Shown here: positions 38,200 to 47,576 of the stretch, one piece after another
Layout of the letters: every line of letters begins with the position of its first letter
Numbering within the stretch: the first letter of the stretch is position 1
Assembly: GCA_963700145.1 (NCBI GenBank)
Contig: OY969474.1
Location: 3,168,001-3,232,000, forward strand
Source: an uncultured Acidobacteriota bacterium
GTDB lineage: Bacteria > Acidobacteriota > Thermoanaerobaculia > Multivoradales > UBA5704
Reading direction: 5' to 3'
Length of the DNA stretch: 64,000 nucleotides
Made by a program: the position numbers and the translations under genes
Notes under the pieces: generated by a model
The model's database searches: none
The model's input: the letters and a program-made list of their open reading frames with translations, nothing else
Told to the model about the DNA's origin: nothing

Positions 38200-41100
38200 A
38201 TGCAGTATTCGCTGTTTGATGGAAGCGGGGAGGGCTTGCTCTTCGGGCACGTCGTGCTCAGGCGTTATCTCGATGATCATCGAGTGACTGCCATACCAGG
38301 TCTAGACGCGACCGGAGCGATCATCCGTGACTGGATCAAGGCGGTCCGAGGAACGTCGGTCAGCAAGGAAACCAGCCTCGAACAGAAGTTTGGGCACGAC
38401 ATCCTCGGGGGGGCGCTGGGGTACCGCCTCTGGCCGCCGAGCCCAGGCGCAACCGCCACGGCTTGGCCAAAACCGCCCTCTTCGGAAACAGAGATTTCTG
38501 GAGAGCCGGACTTTGCCCTCGGCGCTTTTGACTCAGATCAGCGTGCATTCGCCGCGATCCTTGAATTGAAGTCTCCCGGTACCGACCTTGATGCACCGCA
38601 ATCACGCTCTGACCACCGCACTCCTGTGGAGCAGGCCTTTCACTACGCGCACCAGCTTCTTGGTGTCCAATGGGTCCTAGTTTCCGACATGATTCAGATA
38701 CGACTTTATTCCGTCGAATCCGCGCGCGAGTTCGAGCGGTTCGCTCTCGACTTCGATGGTCAGCTATCGCAAAGCACCACGATCGACAAGCTCCGGCGCC
38801 TCGTCTTATTGCTTCATCATGATTATCTGATTAGCGGTGGTAACGACTCTCCGGTGGCACGCTTACACCGCAAGTCGGCATCACGGCAGCTGCAGATCAG
38901 GCAGGGCTTCTACAGGGTCTATTTCGAGATCCGGCGCGATCTTTTCCATAGCATTCGGGAAGCAGTGTCTCAGGGCGGAGTCGAAGTAACTCGCAATGAG
39001 CTGCTCGAGGCCACACAGCGCCTTCTCGATCGACTTATGTTCATCTACTACTGCGAAGATCACCCCCAGAAGCTACTCCCTGATGGGCTGATTGAACGTA
39101 TTACTGCGGCTGCACGCCAACTTCCTGGCCGGAGCGATAGGAGGGTTTTCGACCAACTAAAAGAACTGTTCCATGAGATTGATAGCGGCAGTCCTTACGC
39201 GAGCGGTGCCCAGGTACCAGGCTACAACGGTGAACTCTTTAAGAGACATCCGGTCATAGATTCTATCTCTCTCCCTGACGCGCTGCACGATCGCGTCTAT
39301 GACGCCGTAGACCCCGATGGGAGGGTTCGGCAGGTGCGGGGAGCATGGGGCCTGCACGTTTACGACTTCTGGTCGGAGCTGAACGAACACCTTCTCGGCC
39401 ATATTTTTCAGGAGTCACTGTCGGATCTGGTGAGCCTGGCTGCCGGCCATGACGTCTCACTTGCGGACAAGCTGCATGAGCGGAAGCGGAAAGGAATCTA
39501 CTACACCGATCGGCTTCTTTCCGACTTTGCGTCTTCGAGCGCAATCAAGGCACTTTTGGGAGAGTTCCCCACTATTGCACCAGAGGCTAGTTCTCTGGAG
39601 CTGGTCGACCACCTCGAAGGTCGACTCCAACAAATCGCGACCCTCCGAATCATCGATTTCGCTTGTGGTTCTGGCGCATTTCTGGTGTCTGCCTATCACG
39701 AACTGCTAAATGAGACCTGGCGCAACCGCGATCTGTTGGAGGTATTGCGAGCGCAGTCCAATAGGGGTCAACTCCCTTTGCAGCCCGCAGATATCGGATT
39801 GACTCAGGCGCGCGTGCTGCGGGAGTGCCTATTTGGAGTCGATCTTCTTCCACAGGCCGTCGAAATCGCGAAACTCGCCCTCTGGTTACGCTCGGCGCGG
39901 AAGGGCGAGAAGGTTGCCGACCTCGGCTCTAATCTGATCGCGGCCGACAGCCTCGATGTTGATACCCTCTCTAGACTCATCGGCGAGAATCGGGGCAGCT
40001 TTGATCTGGTCATTGGTAATCCCCCGTGGGGAGGAGAGGTCGATTCCAGCTCTCACAGCCGTATAGCCTCATGGCTCGGCATAGACACAGATTACGATTG
40101 GGACTCCTGGGAACTATTCGTCTTGGTAGGCATGCGCGCTCTGCGCGAGGGCGGCCGGCTGGCGTTACTTGTGCCGGACAGCTTTCTTTACCCAGAGAAG
40201 CAGAGGCTGCGCCAAATCCTCCTTGAGTCGGCAACTGTCGAAAAGGTCTACAGCCTTGGGCCCGATTGGTTTGGAAGCTCGGTGCGAATGTCCACGGTCT
40301 TCCTACAAGTACGGAACGGCAAACAGATGGCCCATTCGATCCGAGGCCTTCTGCTTGCAGGCCCTCTTCGTCTCAAGGCCATCAAGGGTGAGGTACCCCT
40401 CCAGCAAATCGAGGCCCGCCTAAGCCGAGACTTGCCTTACGAGCGCAGTCTCAGTCCAGGGTACCCCATCGAAGTATTCCGGGGTGGCCGCGATGACAAA
40501 CTCCTTGCCCAAATGGAAGACGGGGGGATTCCATTGCGGGAGCTATGCGACCACTTTCGTGGCGAGGAGATGAGTAAATTCGGCCTCGTGTGGGTTTGCC
40601 CTGGGTGCCTGTCACCGAACACCCCCGGCGAAAAGAGCAAGGGCGGTGGATTTGACTCAAAGACCTGTTCCTTCTGCGACTTGTCGCTCTCGCCTGACAC
40701 CGTTCAAGCTCTTCGCCTTGTTAGAGAGTCGCGAGAAGGCCCAAGCTACGATCCATTCATAGATGGCGACGACATAACGCATCGATATCAAAGGGTCGAG
40801 AATTCTAAGTGGCTTTGGCTTGGGCTAGAAGGCTGGAAGTACAAAAAGGCGGCCATATATGCGGCACCCAAGATACTGATCCGTCAAGCAGGTATCGGCG
40901 TACTTGCAACATACGACGAGAGCGGTGCGCGGTGCCCGCAGTCAGTCTATGTATATCGCCTCAAGGAGCGTTGGGCCAAGGTTGGCTATCGCCATGAATT
41001 TGTGCTTGGTGCACTCCTGTCGCGAACCATGGCCTATTACATCTTCAAGCGATTTGGAGAGGTTGACCCCGCAAAGGCACATGCGAAGCTCACGCACGAA

Positions 41101-41379
41101 CGACTCAGGGACCTCCCGATTCCGAAGGTGGACCACAGTGAGAAGTGGGAACGAGCGGCTCACGCTAAGGTGATCGACAATGTGGGGAAGCTGCTGGACG
41201 GCAGCGCACGCCTGGGAGGTCCGGAGGACCGCGAAGTGGAGAGCGACTTGAGGAAGCTGTGGCGTGTTTCGCCAGAAGATGGCGCATACCTCCACAGGGA
41301 ATTGGCAGGTCTACCCGATAGCCGCATTCTCTCCGGTTTATTCCCTGACGGGCGACCAGGAGCGCCGGCTGGCAGTTAG
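38200..41379 (+). CDS. Type IIG-like restriction-modification enzyme (N6-adenine MTase, nuclease, TaqI-C-like TRD)
   Basis: PDFALG...LELKSP, GIYYT, IIDFACGSGAFL, GVDLLPQAVEIAKLALW, VIGNPPW, PKILIRQ; visibly lower GC. Confidence 0.88.
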   Translation: MQYSLFDGSGEGLLFGHVVLRRYLDDHRVTAIPGLDATGAIIRDWIKAVRGTSVSKETSLEQKFGHDILGGALGYRLWPPSPGATATAWPKPPSSETEISGEPDFALGAFDSDQRAFAAILELKSPGTDLDAPQSRSDHRTPVEQAFHYAHQLLGVQWVLVSDMIQIRLYSVESAREFERFALDFDGQLSQSTTIDKLRRLVLLLHHDYLISGGNDSPVARLHRKSASRQLQIRQGFYRVYFEIRRDLFHSIREAVSQGGVEVTRNELLEATQRLLDRLMFIYYCEDHPQKLLPDGLIERITAAARQLPGRSDRRVFDQLKELFHEIDSGSPYASGAQVPGYNGELFKRHPVIDSISLPDALHDRVYDAVDPDGRVRQVRGAWGLHVYDFWSELNEHLLGHIFQESLSDLVSLAAGHDVSLADKLHERKRKGIYYTDRLLSDFASSSAIKALLGEFPTIAPEASSLELVDHLEGRLQQIATLRIIDFACGSGAFLVSAYHELLNETWRNRDLLEVLRAQSNRGQLPLQPADIGLTQARVLRECLFGVDLLPQAVEIAKLALWLRSARKGEKVADLGSNLIAADSLDVDTLSRLIGENRGSFDLVIGNPPWGGEVDSSSHSRIASWLGIDTDYDWDSWELFVLVGMRALREGGRLALLVPDSFLYPEKQRLRQILLESATVEKVYSLGPDWFGSSVRMSTVFLQVRNGKQMAHSIRGLLLAGPLRLKAIKGEVPLQQIEARLSRDLPYERSLSPGYPIEVFRGGRDDKLLAQMEDGGIPLRELCDHFRGEEMSKFGLVWVCPGCLSPNTPGEKSKGGGFDSKTCSFCDLSLSPDTVQALRLVRESREGPSYDPFIDGDDITHRYQRVENSKWLWLGLEGWKYKKAAIYAAPKILIRQAGIGVLATYDESGARCPQSVYVYRLKERWAKVGYRHEFVLGALLSRTMAYYIFKRFGEVDPAKAHAKLTHERLRDLPIPKVDHSEKWERAAHAKVIDNVGKLLDGSARLGGPEDREVESDLRKLWRVSPEDGAYLHRELAGLPDSRILSGLFPDGRPGAPAGS

Positions 41380-41469
41380 CTCCTAGCCGCGACCGGCACC
41401 GGTTTGCGGCCGAAGGTCTCGAAGGGTTCGGCGAGATGCCCTGACGCTGTACGAGACCGTCAGTATTAA

Positions 41470-41498
41470 TTGACACAGCTTAGGAGTGCACCTAATCT
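41470..41498 (+). promoter_or_regulatory. Sigma70 promoter, probably leaderless to the TIR gene
   Basis: TTGACA-17 nt-TAATCT, ending 6 nt before GTG 41505. Confidence 0.65.
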
Positions 41499-41504
41499 AG
41501 GTCC

Positions 41505-42404
41505 GTGAGCGATATCCGCGACGTGTTCATCTGCCACGCCTCCGCTGATAAGGAGGAGGTCGTTTATCCTCTCGTGAAGCTACTCGAGGCGGGGGGTGTC
41601 TCGTGCTGGTTGGATGAGGCAGAGATTGCCTGGGGAGATAGCGTCACGCAGAAGGTCAACGACGGCCTGCGAACCTCACGACTCGTTATAGTCGTCTTGA
41701 GCCCAAACTTTGCGCGACACTGGCCACAGCGCGAACTCTACTCAGCCCTAGAATTGGAAGCCTCGTCAGGCGCTGTGAGGGTTCTGCCGCTCTTGACGGG
41801 ACCTGCCCAACACCGATCGGAAGTCATAGACCGTTATCCTCTCCTACGCGACAAACTATATTTGCTTTGGCCCGGGGGTCAGGAGAGGATAGTACCGGAG
41901 ATACGGAGGCGATTGGGAGCAGATCGAGATCCAGGCCAGCCAGCTCCACCTCCGGTGCCGAAGCGATTCGACATCCCGATTCCACAGGTGAGAACGGAGC
42001 CGAGCCAGCTGGATCGAGACCGATTCGCGCAGGAGGGGTTCGAGACGGTGAAGGCCTACTTCGCAGACGCCCTCCAAGAGCTCCGCGCCGCGAACCCAGC
42101 GGTACAAACAGATTTCTTGGAGGTGCATGCGCGGAAGTTTGTGGCGAAAGCATATGCGGGAGGTGATTTAAAGGCGCAGTGCAAGATTTGGTTGGGCGGG
42201 CCGTTCAATGACGTTCAGATTTCTTACAGCGCAGACGCCAGAGATGTTGATCGTGATAATGCATACAATGACTGGCTTTCTCTGAAAGCAGGTAGCTTAG
42301 CCTGGGAACCTAGTATGCCGCCGTACGGCAGTGAGCGCGGGCCTTTCGATCATGAGGGCGCTGCTGCCTACTTGTGGGAACGGTTCATCGAAGGACTGCG
42401 ATAA
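41505..42404 (+). CDS. TIR domain protein
   Basis: DVFICHASADKEEVV...WLDEAEIAWGDS...VVLSPNF..WPQREL (catalytic Glu position retained). Confidence 0.9.
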   Translation: MSDIRDVFICHASADKEEVVYPLVKLLEAGGVSCWLDEAEIAWGDSVTQKVNDGLRTSRLVIVVLSPNFARHWPQRELYSALELEASSGAVRVLPLLTGPAQHRSEVIDRYPLLRDKLYLLWPGGQERIVPEIRRRLGADRDPGQPAPPPVPKRFDIPIPQVRTEPSQLDRDRFAQEGFETVKAYFADALQELRAANPAVQTDFLEVHARKFVAKAYAGGDLKAQCKIWLGGPFNDVQISYSADARDVDRDNAYNDWLSLKAGSLAWEPSMPPYGSERGPFDHEGAAAYLWERFIEGLR

Positions 42405-42417
42405 AGGAGTACGTTCG

Positions 42418-42564
42418 ATGGAGAAGAGACGATTCCATTGCCGGCACTGCGGGTGTAAGTTCGAAAAGGATGTTTTTGAACCCGGAGAGGCGGAGGACAA
42501 GAACCTTCCGAGTGGGCCAGTCCGCTGTCCCGAGTGTGGTAGCACGGACGTTGAGCGACGGTAA
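42418..42564 (+). CDS. Small zinc-ribbon protein (FmdB-like)
   Basis: AAGGAG RBS; FHCRHCGCKFE...VRCPECGSTDVERR. Confidence 0.8.
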   Translation: MEKRRFHCRHCGCKFEKDVFEPGEAEDKNLPSGPVRCPECGSTDVERR

Positions 42565-42627
42565 TCGACTAGAGAATCCCTACCGCTCCTCGCCTGTACC
42601 CACCGCAGCTCTTTAGCTTGGTTCAGC

Positions 42628-43224
42628 TCAACCCGGCGGGCGGCGGTTACGACGTCGTGAGCGTCGAGCGAGCGGGGATCGGGCACCCCGAGCGGTCGGA
42701 GCGACCGCGAGTAGCTCCCTGGCCAGTTGCGCGGGCGCGGCGATCTTGTGTCTGGCGTAGAGCGCCTTGGGGTCGGTTTCGCCCTGCTGCTGGGCGATCC
42801 GCTTGAGCCGGTCCCAGGGGTCCTCTGCCGGTCTGGGCGCGGTTCGCAGAAGCCATACTTGTGCTTGGTGCCCGTGCTTCCGCTTAGCGATCCAGGGGAG
42901 GTAGGCCAGCACCAAACCGGTCGCCTTGATGGGGTCATCCCCTGCTGCATCGGCTACCACGAGGGTCAGCTTGGTCTGGATCAGCACCGCCAGCTCTCGC
43001 TCCTGCAAGAGCATTGAGTTGTCGGTCGTCACCAAGCCATCGCACGCAGGGGACTCGCGGCTGAGCACGACGAGCAGTTGCCAGTCGTCCAAAGTTGGCA
43101 GCCGCGGGTGGATGTCCCCGATCGCCACAAGGTCCGCCTCGACGATGTAGTCGCGGAGAGCTGCGACAATCGGAGCGGGGAAGTTCTGATCGAGAGCGAA
43201 GCGCGGGCGCCGAGGCAGGCTCAC
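42628..43224 (-). CDS. PIN-like toxin (VapC45-like)
   Basis: FALDQNFP...LDDWQLL...LVTTDNSML..EREL; start overlaps the antitoxin stop. Confidence 0.75.
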   Translation of the reverse strand: MSLPRRPRFALDQNFPAPIVAALRDYIVEADLVAIGDIHPRLPTLDDWQLLVVLSRESPACDGLVTTDNSMLLQERELAVLIQTKLTLVVADAAGDDPIKATGLVLAYLPWIAKRKHGHQAQVWLLRTAPRPAEDPWDRLKRIAQQQGETDPKALYARHKIAAPAQLARELLAVAPTARGARSPLARRSRRRNRRPPG

Positions 43225-43883
43225 GCGGCCCTGCGGAGGTTGCTGGCGAGCTGCTGCTCCAGATCCAGCGCCTCTTCGATCGCCTCGCTGGTGACCGCCG
43301 GATAGAGAATGCCGATGCGATCGGCCGAGTAGCCGCGGGTCGCCAAGGCGGCCAGGGCCCGCGTTTCGATGCGGGTTCCCTCCACGTGTGGAGAGCCCGC
43401 CAACTTCAGCGGGAGAATCCGCAGGTGCTGGCGCGGCGACTGGAGATCCGGCCCACGCAGCCCTTCCGCGGTCTTGAAGGGCGCCACCACGTCCAGGAGG
43501 TCCCGCGAGACCGTCTGCCCGGTAGGAGTCTGCAGGGCAAGGCCCGGCGGATCCAGGAGGACGTTGCCGCTCCGATCGATGACCACTAGCGGCCGCCCAT
43601 TTTCAAACAGCTCGAGGTCGAGAGCGCGCAACGCTTCCAGCGAGCGTCGAACTGCCGGCATCGTGCTCGAAGGGATCTCCTGGCCGTCGCTCGTGCGCTT
43701 GGGCTGCCGCAGCCAGTAAATCGTTCGCAACGCCAGCAAGTCGGTGTAGGACCAGAGCTTGACGCGCTCGGGCGAGATGGAGGGCACCAAATGCCCCTTC
43801 CGCGCCCAATAGTGGACGGTCGACTTCGGCACACCGGAGAGGGCGGCTGCCCGGTCGGCGGTGTAGGCCCCGGCGCGATCCAT
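43221..43883 (-). CDS. MerR-HTH/DUF433 antitoxin (VapB45-like)
   Basis: YTADRAAALSGVPKSTVHYWAR...WSYTDLLAL; GSPHVEGTRIET...YPAVTSEAIEEALDLE. Confidence 0.85.
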   Translation of the reverse strand: MDRAGAYTADRAAALSGVPKSTVHYWARKGHLVPSISPERVKLWSYTDLLALRTIYWLRQPKRTSDGQEIPSSTMPAVRRSLEALRALDLELFENGRPLVVIDRSGNVLLDPPGLALQTPTGQTVSRDLLDVVAPFKTAEGLRGPDLQSPRQHLRILPLKLAGSPHVEGTRIETRALAALATRGYSADRIGILYPAVTSEAIEEALDLEQQLASNLRRAA

Positions 43884-43926
43884 GGGTGCAGTATACGTGG
43901 GCGCGAGCTTGATCCTCACCTTCTTG

Positions 43927-44211
43927 CTACACAGCTCGAATCGTGAGCTGCCCCGCCCGGACCTCGATCTCGTAGTGCTGGCCGCGGTCGAAGCCGGCGT
44001 GCTGGAGCCAGTCGCCGGAGATGCGGAGGTCCGGGACCACGCGGCGGTAGCCGCGGCTGCGGCAGCAGATCGTGCCGAAGCGGTGGCCTTTCGCGCGGGC
44101 GGCCGCGGCGCGGGCGAGCTTGCGCTCGCGCCACTTGTCGGGCTGAGGGAGCTGGTCGGGTTGGGGGGCGGAGAAATCCGGCGACGTAGAATGACTGGCA
44201 CGTCCACGCAT
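43927..44211 (-). CDS. symE: SymE family type I toxin
   Basis: VPDLRISGDWLQHAGFDRGQHYEIEVRAGQLTI. Confidence 0.85.
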   Translation of the reverse strand: MRGRASHSTSPDFSAPQPDQLPQPDKWRERKLARAAAARAKGHRFGTICCRSRGYRRVVPDLRISGDWLQHAGFDRGQHYEIEVRAGQLTIRAV

Positions 44212-44280
44212 GAGGTGACTCTCCTGTGTGGGCCAGGGCCGGCAGAGGCTCCACCCTCTGCCGCGCCCGCTTATCGTTCT

Positions 44281-44351
44281 CGGCCCGGAGCGACCGGGCC
44301 GGCTGCACGCGCTACGGGTCTCACTCTACTTACGCCTGCGTTGCGGGTCAA
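44281..44351 (-). promoter_or_regulatory. symE promoter and 5'-leader hairpin
   Basis: Minus-strand TTGACC-17-TAGAGT (44351-44323); CGGCCCGG-N5-CCGGGCCG stem at 44281-44301. Confidence 0.55.
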
Positions 44352-44377
44352 GGGGAAGGGGTGTACGCTGCTCTTCG

Positions 44378-44635
44378 ATGACGTGGCAGGAGATTCGTAG
44401 CCACTACCCCCACCAGTGGTTGGTCGTCGAAGCCCTGGAGGCTCGTTCCGAGCAGGGGAGGCGGGAGCTCGACGATCTGGCCGTCGTCGACGCGCTGAGT
44501 GACGGAGAGACCGCCTTTCGCGCCTACTTGAAGCTCCATCGCGGCGCGCCGGAGCGCGAGCTCTACGTGCTTCACACCGACCGCGAGGAACCGGACATCA
44601 CCGAGCGGACCTGGCTGGGCCTCCGCACCGCCTGA
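44378..44635 (+). CDS. Small hypothetical protein (DUF5678-like partner of aspartyl protease)
   Basis: MTWQEIRSHYPHQWLVVEALEA...LYVLHT; TGATG coupling to the next gene. Confidence 0.7.
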   Translation: MTWQEIRSHYPHQWLVVEALEARSEQGRRELDDLAVVDALSDGETAFRAYLKLHRGAPERELYVLHTDREEPDITERTWLGLRTA

Positions 44636-45066
44636 TGAAGATCCGCCTCGAGCGCGGCCTGGCTTACGTCGAGGCCACGCTGACCTATGGCGGCCGCAGT
44701 CTGCAGATCGCGGACGTCATCCTGGACACAGGCTCCGCGGGGACCATCTTTTCGGCCGATCGGCTGTTCGAGATCGGGGTCGCACCCGAGGGAACCGATC
44801 CGCTGCGGCGCATCCGCGGGATCGGTGGGGTGGAGCTGGTGTTCATGAAGCGGTTGGAGCGGTTGGCGGTCGGCGAGCTCGAGGTTCCTGACTTCGAGAT
44901 CGAGGTGGGTGCGATGGACTATGGCTTTCCGGCGGATGGGATCCTCGGGCTCAATTTCCTCGTCGCGGCAGGCGCGCTCATTGATTTCCGTCGTCTCGAG
45001 CTTGGCGGGGCGACGGGCCCATCCAGCATGAGTGACAAGCCGAAGCCCGAGGTTGCACAAAACTAA
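44635..45066 (+). CDS. Retropepsin-like (clan AA) aspartyl protease
   Basis: ILDTGSAGT, GIGG, DGILGLNFL. Confidence 0.88.
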   Translation: MKIRLERGLAYVEATLTYGGRSLQIADVILDTGSAGTIFSADRLFEIGVAPEGTDPLRRIRGIGGVELVFMKRLERLAVGELEVPDFEIEVGAMDYGFPADGILGLNFLVAAGALIDFRRLELGGATGPSSMSDKPKPEVAQN

Positions 45067-45087
45067 AGCCTGGCTTAAGGTTTGTGC
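45055..45087. promoter_or_regulatory. Inverted repeat, AbiEi operator-like
   Basis: GCACAAAACTAAAGCC-T-GGCTTAAGGTTTGTGC (14/16 pairing) immediately before abiEi. Confidence 0.6.
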
Positions 45088-45090
45088 GCC

Positions 45091-45663
45091 ATGGCCGTCC
45101 CCGACTGGGATGCTCTGTTCGAGGTCGCGCAAGCGCAGGCCGGCTACTTCACAACCCGGCAAGCAGCCGCCACGGGCTACTCGCCGCAGCTGCTCGCCTA
45201 TCTCGGCAGCAAGAAGGTCGCCCGCATCCGGAGGGGCATCTATCGCCTCGTGCACTTCCCGGCCAGCGACCACGAGGACCTCGTCGTCCTCTGGCTCTGG
45301 AGTGAGCAGGCCGGCGTGTTCTCTCACGAGACGGCGCTGGCGCTCCACGACCTCTCCGACGTGCTTCCCGGCAAGGTCCATCTGACGCTGCCCGCGGCCT
45401 GGCGCCGGCGACGCCTCCGCGTTCCGGCGGGCCTCGTGCTCCATTTCGCCGACGTCGGCGACGCCGACCGCGCGAGCTTCTCAGCCGTGCCCGTGACAGC
45501 CCCGCTCCGAGCTCTCAGAGACTGCATCGAGGCCAACGTCGCTCCGAGCCTCGTCCGGCAGGCGATCCTCCAGGCGCGGCGGCGGGGTCTCATCACGGCG
45601 AGGGAGGAAGCTCGCCTCGCGGCAGAGCTCGGCGACCAGAAGGGCGCGGCGGTCGCGCGATGA
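45091..45663 (+). CDS. abiEi: Type IV TA antitoxin AbiEi
   Basis: AQAQAGYFTTRQA...RIRRGIYRL...SHETALALHDL...PVTAPLRALRDC. Confidence 0.88.
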   Translation: MAVPDWDALFEVAQAQAGYFTTRQAAATGYSPQLLAYLGSKKVARIRRGIYRLVHFPASDHEDLVVLWLWSEQAGVFSHETALALHDLSDVLPGKVHLTLPAAWRRRRLRVPAGLVLHFADVGDADRASFSAVPVTAPLRALRDCIEANVAPSLVRQAILQARRRGLITAREEARLAAELGDQKGAAVAR

Positions 45664-46568
45664 CCGCGCGCCAGTACGCGACGCCCCTGGCCTTCAAGCA
45701 GGCGCTGGAGCAGCGGCTCAGGTCCGCGTCGACCACGGGGGCGGACTTCGCGCGCCGTCGCCAGCTGCTCGTCTTCGATCGGTTTCTCGCACGCCTGACC
45801 CAGGTCGCCAGCGATGCGGTCATCCTCAAAGGCGGGCTGGTTCTCGAGCTGCGCCTCGCCCGGGCTCGGACGACGAAGGACGTCGATCTGCACATGATGG
45901 GTTCGTCCGGCGACGTGCTCGAGCGCCTCCAGGAAGCCGGGCGGCTCGACCTCGGCGATCACATGCGGTTCGAGGTTCAGCCGGACAGGGAGCACCCGGA
46001 CATCCAGAACGAAGGGATGCGTTACGAGGGCTTCCGCTACCGCGCCGAGTGCCGGCTGGCCGGGATGATCTACGGCCGTCCGTTTCGGCGTCGACGTGGC
46101 CTTTGGTGACCCGCTCGTAGGCGAGCCTGACGTCGTCATTGCCGACGACATTCTCGGCTTCGCCGGGATCGCTCCTCCATCGCTGCGGCTTTATCCCGTC
46201 GTCTCGCATGTCGCCGAGAAGCTGCACGCGCTGACGTGCCCCGAGCGAGGCCGAACACGCGAGTGCGCGATCTCCCCGACCTTGCGCTCCTGGCCACGAC
46301 CGGACCGATCGAGGGGGCTGCGCTTCGCCGGGCCATCGAGAAGACATTCGAGTTCCGCGGCACTCATCCGGTGCCGGTTGCGGTTCCGCCGCCTCCCGAG
46401 TTCTGGGAAGCCCCGTACGCCGCGATGGCTACGGGCGACGAGCTGATTTGGAGGACCCTGGCGGAAGTGACGCAGGCGGTGACGAGCTTCCTGGATCCCG
46501 TCCTCGCGTCAACCGACTGCGGCTCCTGGCAACCTGCCGCGTGGACTTGGAACGGCGTGGTGCCCTGA
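45660..46568 (+). pseudogene. abiEii: AbiEii nucleotidyltransferase with two frameshifts (or sequencing errors)
   Basis: FDRFLARL...LKGG...ARTTKDVD, then +1 near 46084 to DVAFGD...AEKLHA, then -1 near 46237 to PNTRVRDLPDL. Confidence 0.8.
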
Positions 46569-46622
46569 TGGGAGCTTCGGGGACGCATACGGGATTCGAA
46601 CTCTGAGCCGAGCTGCTGAAAG

Positions 46623-46880
46623 AACGTCGGCACTTGACAGTAAGTGCCGACGTTTGGCGATCTCGGCGCCCTCGCTCAATACGCACACGACGTCATCGTG
46701 AAGAAGGTCTGATCGACGCCGCCACCCAGGCGGTCCGCTACAATTCCTCGGCATTTAGCCATGAATGCCAAGGTATCGTGACAGGTAGCACTCCCCCCGA
46801 CCGCGCCCTCGAGCTTCTCGAGCGGTCCTTGACGAACGTCGCCGCGTCCGTACGGGCGCGCCTGCTCCAGCTCAGGCGTC
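46623..46880 (+). pseudogene. Remnant of another AbiE locus (operator IR plus AbiEii N-terminus)
   Basis: Perfect IR AACGTCGGCACTT-N6-AAGTGCCGACGTT overlapping TTGACA; TNVAASVRARLLQL at ~46830-46875 is a typical AbiEii start. Confidence 0.55.
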
Positions 46881-47429
46881 AGCGGAGTCTGGGGCCAGCC
46901 ACCCTTCTTCGCGGAGTCGTTCCATGGCCGTCTGGATCTGGCCACGACTGAACTGCCGTTTGGTCGGTCCCCAGGCGTAGGTCGCCTCGGCCACGGATTC
47001 TTCGCCGGCGGCGTCTTCCTCGGCTACGACCCAGTGGACGGTCGCCAGCAGCTCCATCCCGAAGGGAGTCTCGAATCCCTCGACTAGACGAGCCACTCGA
47101 TCAAACCGTTTAAGCGTCTCTGGGTGCTCCTCCAGGAATCGCTCGGCCTCGGGGACTGCCCCCGGGACGAGCACCAGGTGCTTTCCAGGGGCGTCTCCAC
47201 CATCGGCGTAACCGGCCACGAGATGGCCCTCGATGTCGCGGATGACGTGACGTAGGTTCTCGGCGTACGGACCATATAGGCCCTTCTTGAACTGCAGCCG
47301 GAGAGGCTCGCCGGCGACCTGAAGGAAGTACATCAGCTTGTGGACTTCGAGCAGGGTGATGGCCGGGTCCATCAGACCCGCGAGGTAGCGGCCCATCAGG
47401 CTCACGAGGGCGGCACGACCCGCGGTCAT
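46872..47429 (-). CDS. C-terminal domain of DarG antitoxin (macro domain absent)
   Basis: MTAGRAALV.LM.RY...LLEVHKLMYFLQ.AGEPLRL...YGPYAENLRH...GFETPFGMELLATVHWV. Confidence 0.8.
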   Translation of the reverse strand: MTAGRAALVSLMGRYLAGLMDPAITLLEVHKLMYFLQVAGEPLRLQFKKGLYGPYAENLRHVIRDIEGHLVAGYADGGDAPGKHLVLVPGAVPEAERFLEEHPETLKRFDRVARLVEGFETPFGMELLATVHWVVAEEDAAGEESVAEATYAWGPTKRQFSRGQIQTAMERLREEGWLAPDSADA

Positions 47430-47551
47430 GCGCGCTCCGGCGGCTCGGCGATGACGATGACTTCCGCCTCGCCCGCTGGACAGTCAGAAGGCAACGTCAC
47501 CTTGACCTCGTGATCCTCCGTGACTCTGGCTCTGGTCCGATGTGCTTGCAT
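47426..47551 (-). CDS. 41-aa AbrB-like antitoxin N-terminal fragment
   Basis: MQAHRTRARVTEDHEVKVTLPSDCPAGEAEVIVIAEPPERA*; ATGA overlap with the DarG-C ORF. Confidence 0.5.
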   Translation of the reverse strand: MQAHRTRARVTEDHEVKVTLPSDCPAGEAEVIVIAEPPERA

Positions 47552-47576
47552 GACGTTCACCCGCGCCGCGGGGCTC

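Noticed and set aside
45660-46568. Programmed frameshifting in abiEii
   Set aside because: Two opposite indels without a slippery heptamer; decay or sequencing error is simpler.
46580-46610. tRNA gene
   Set aside because: Only a T-arm-like fragment; no cloverleaf can be built.
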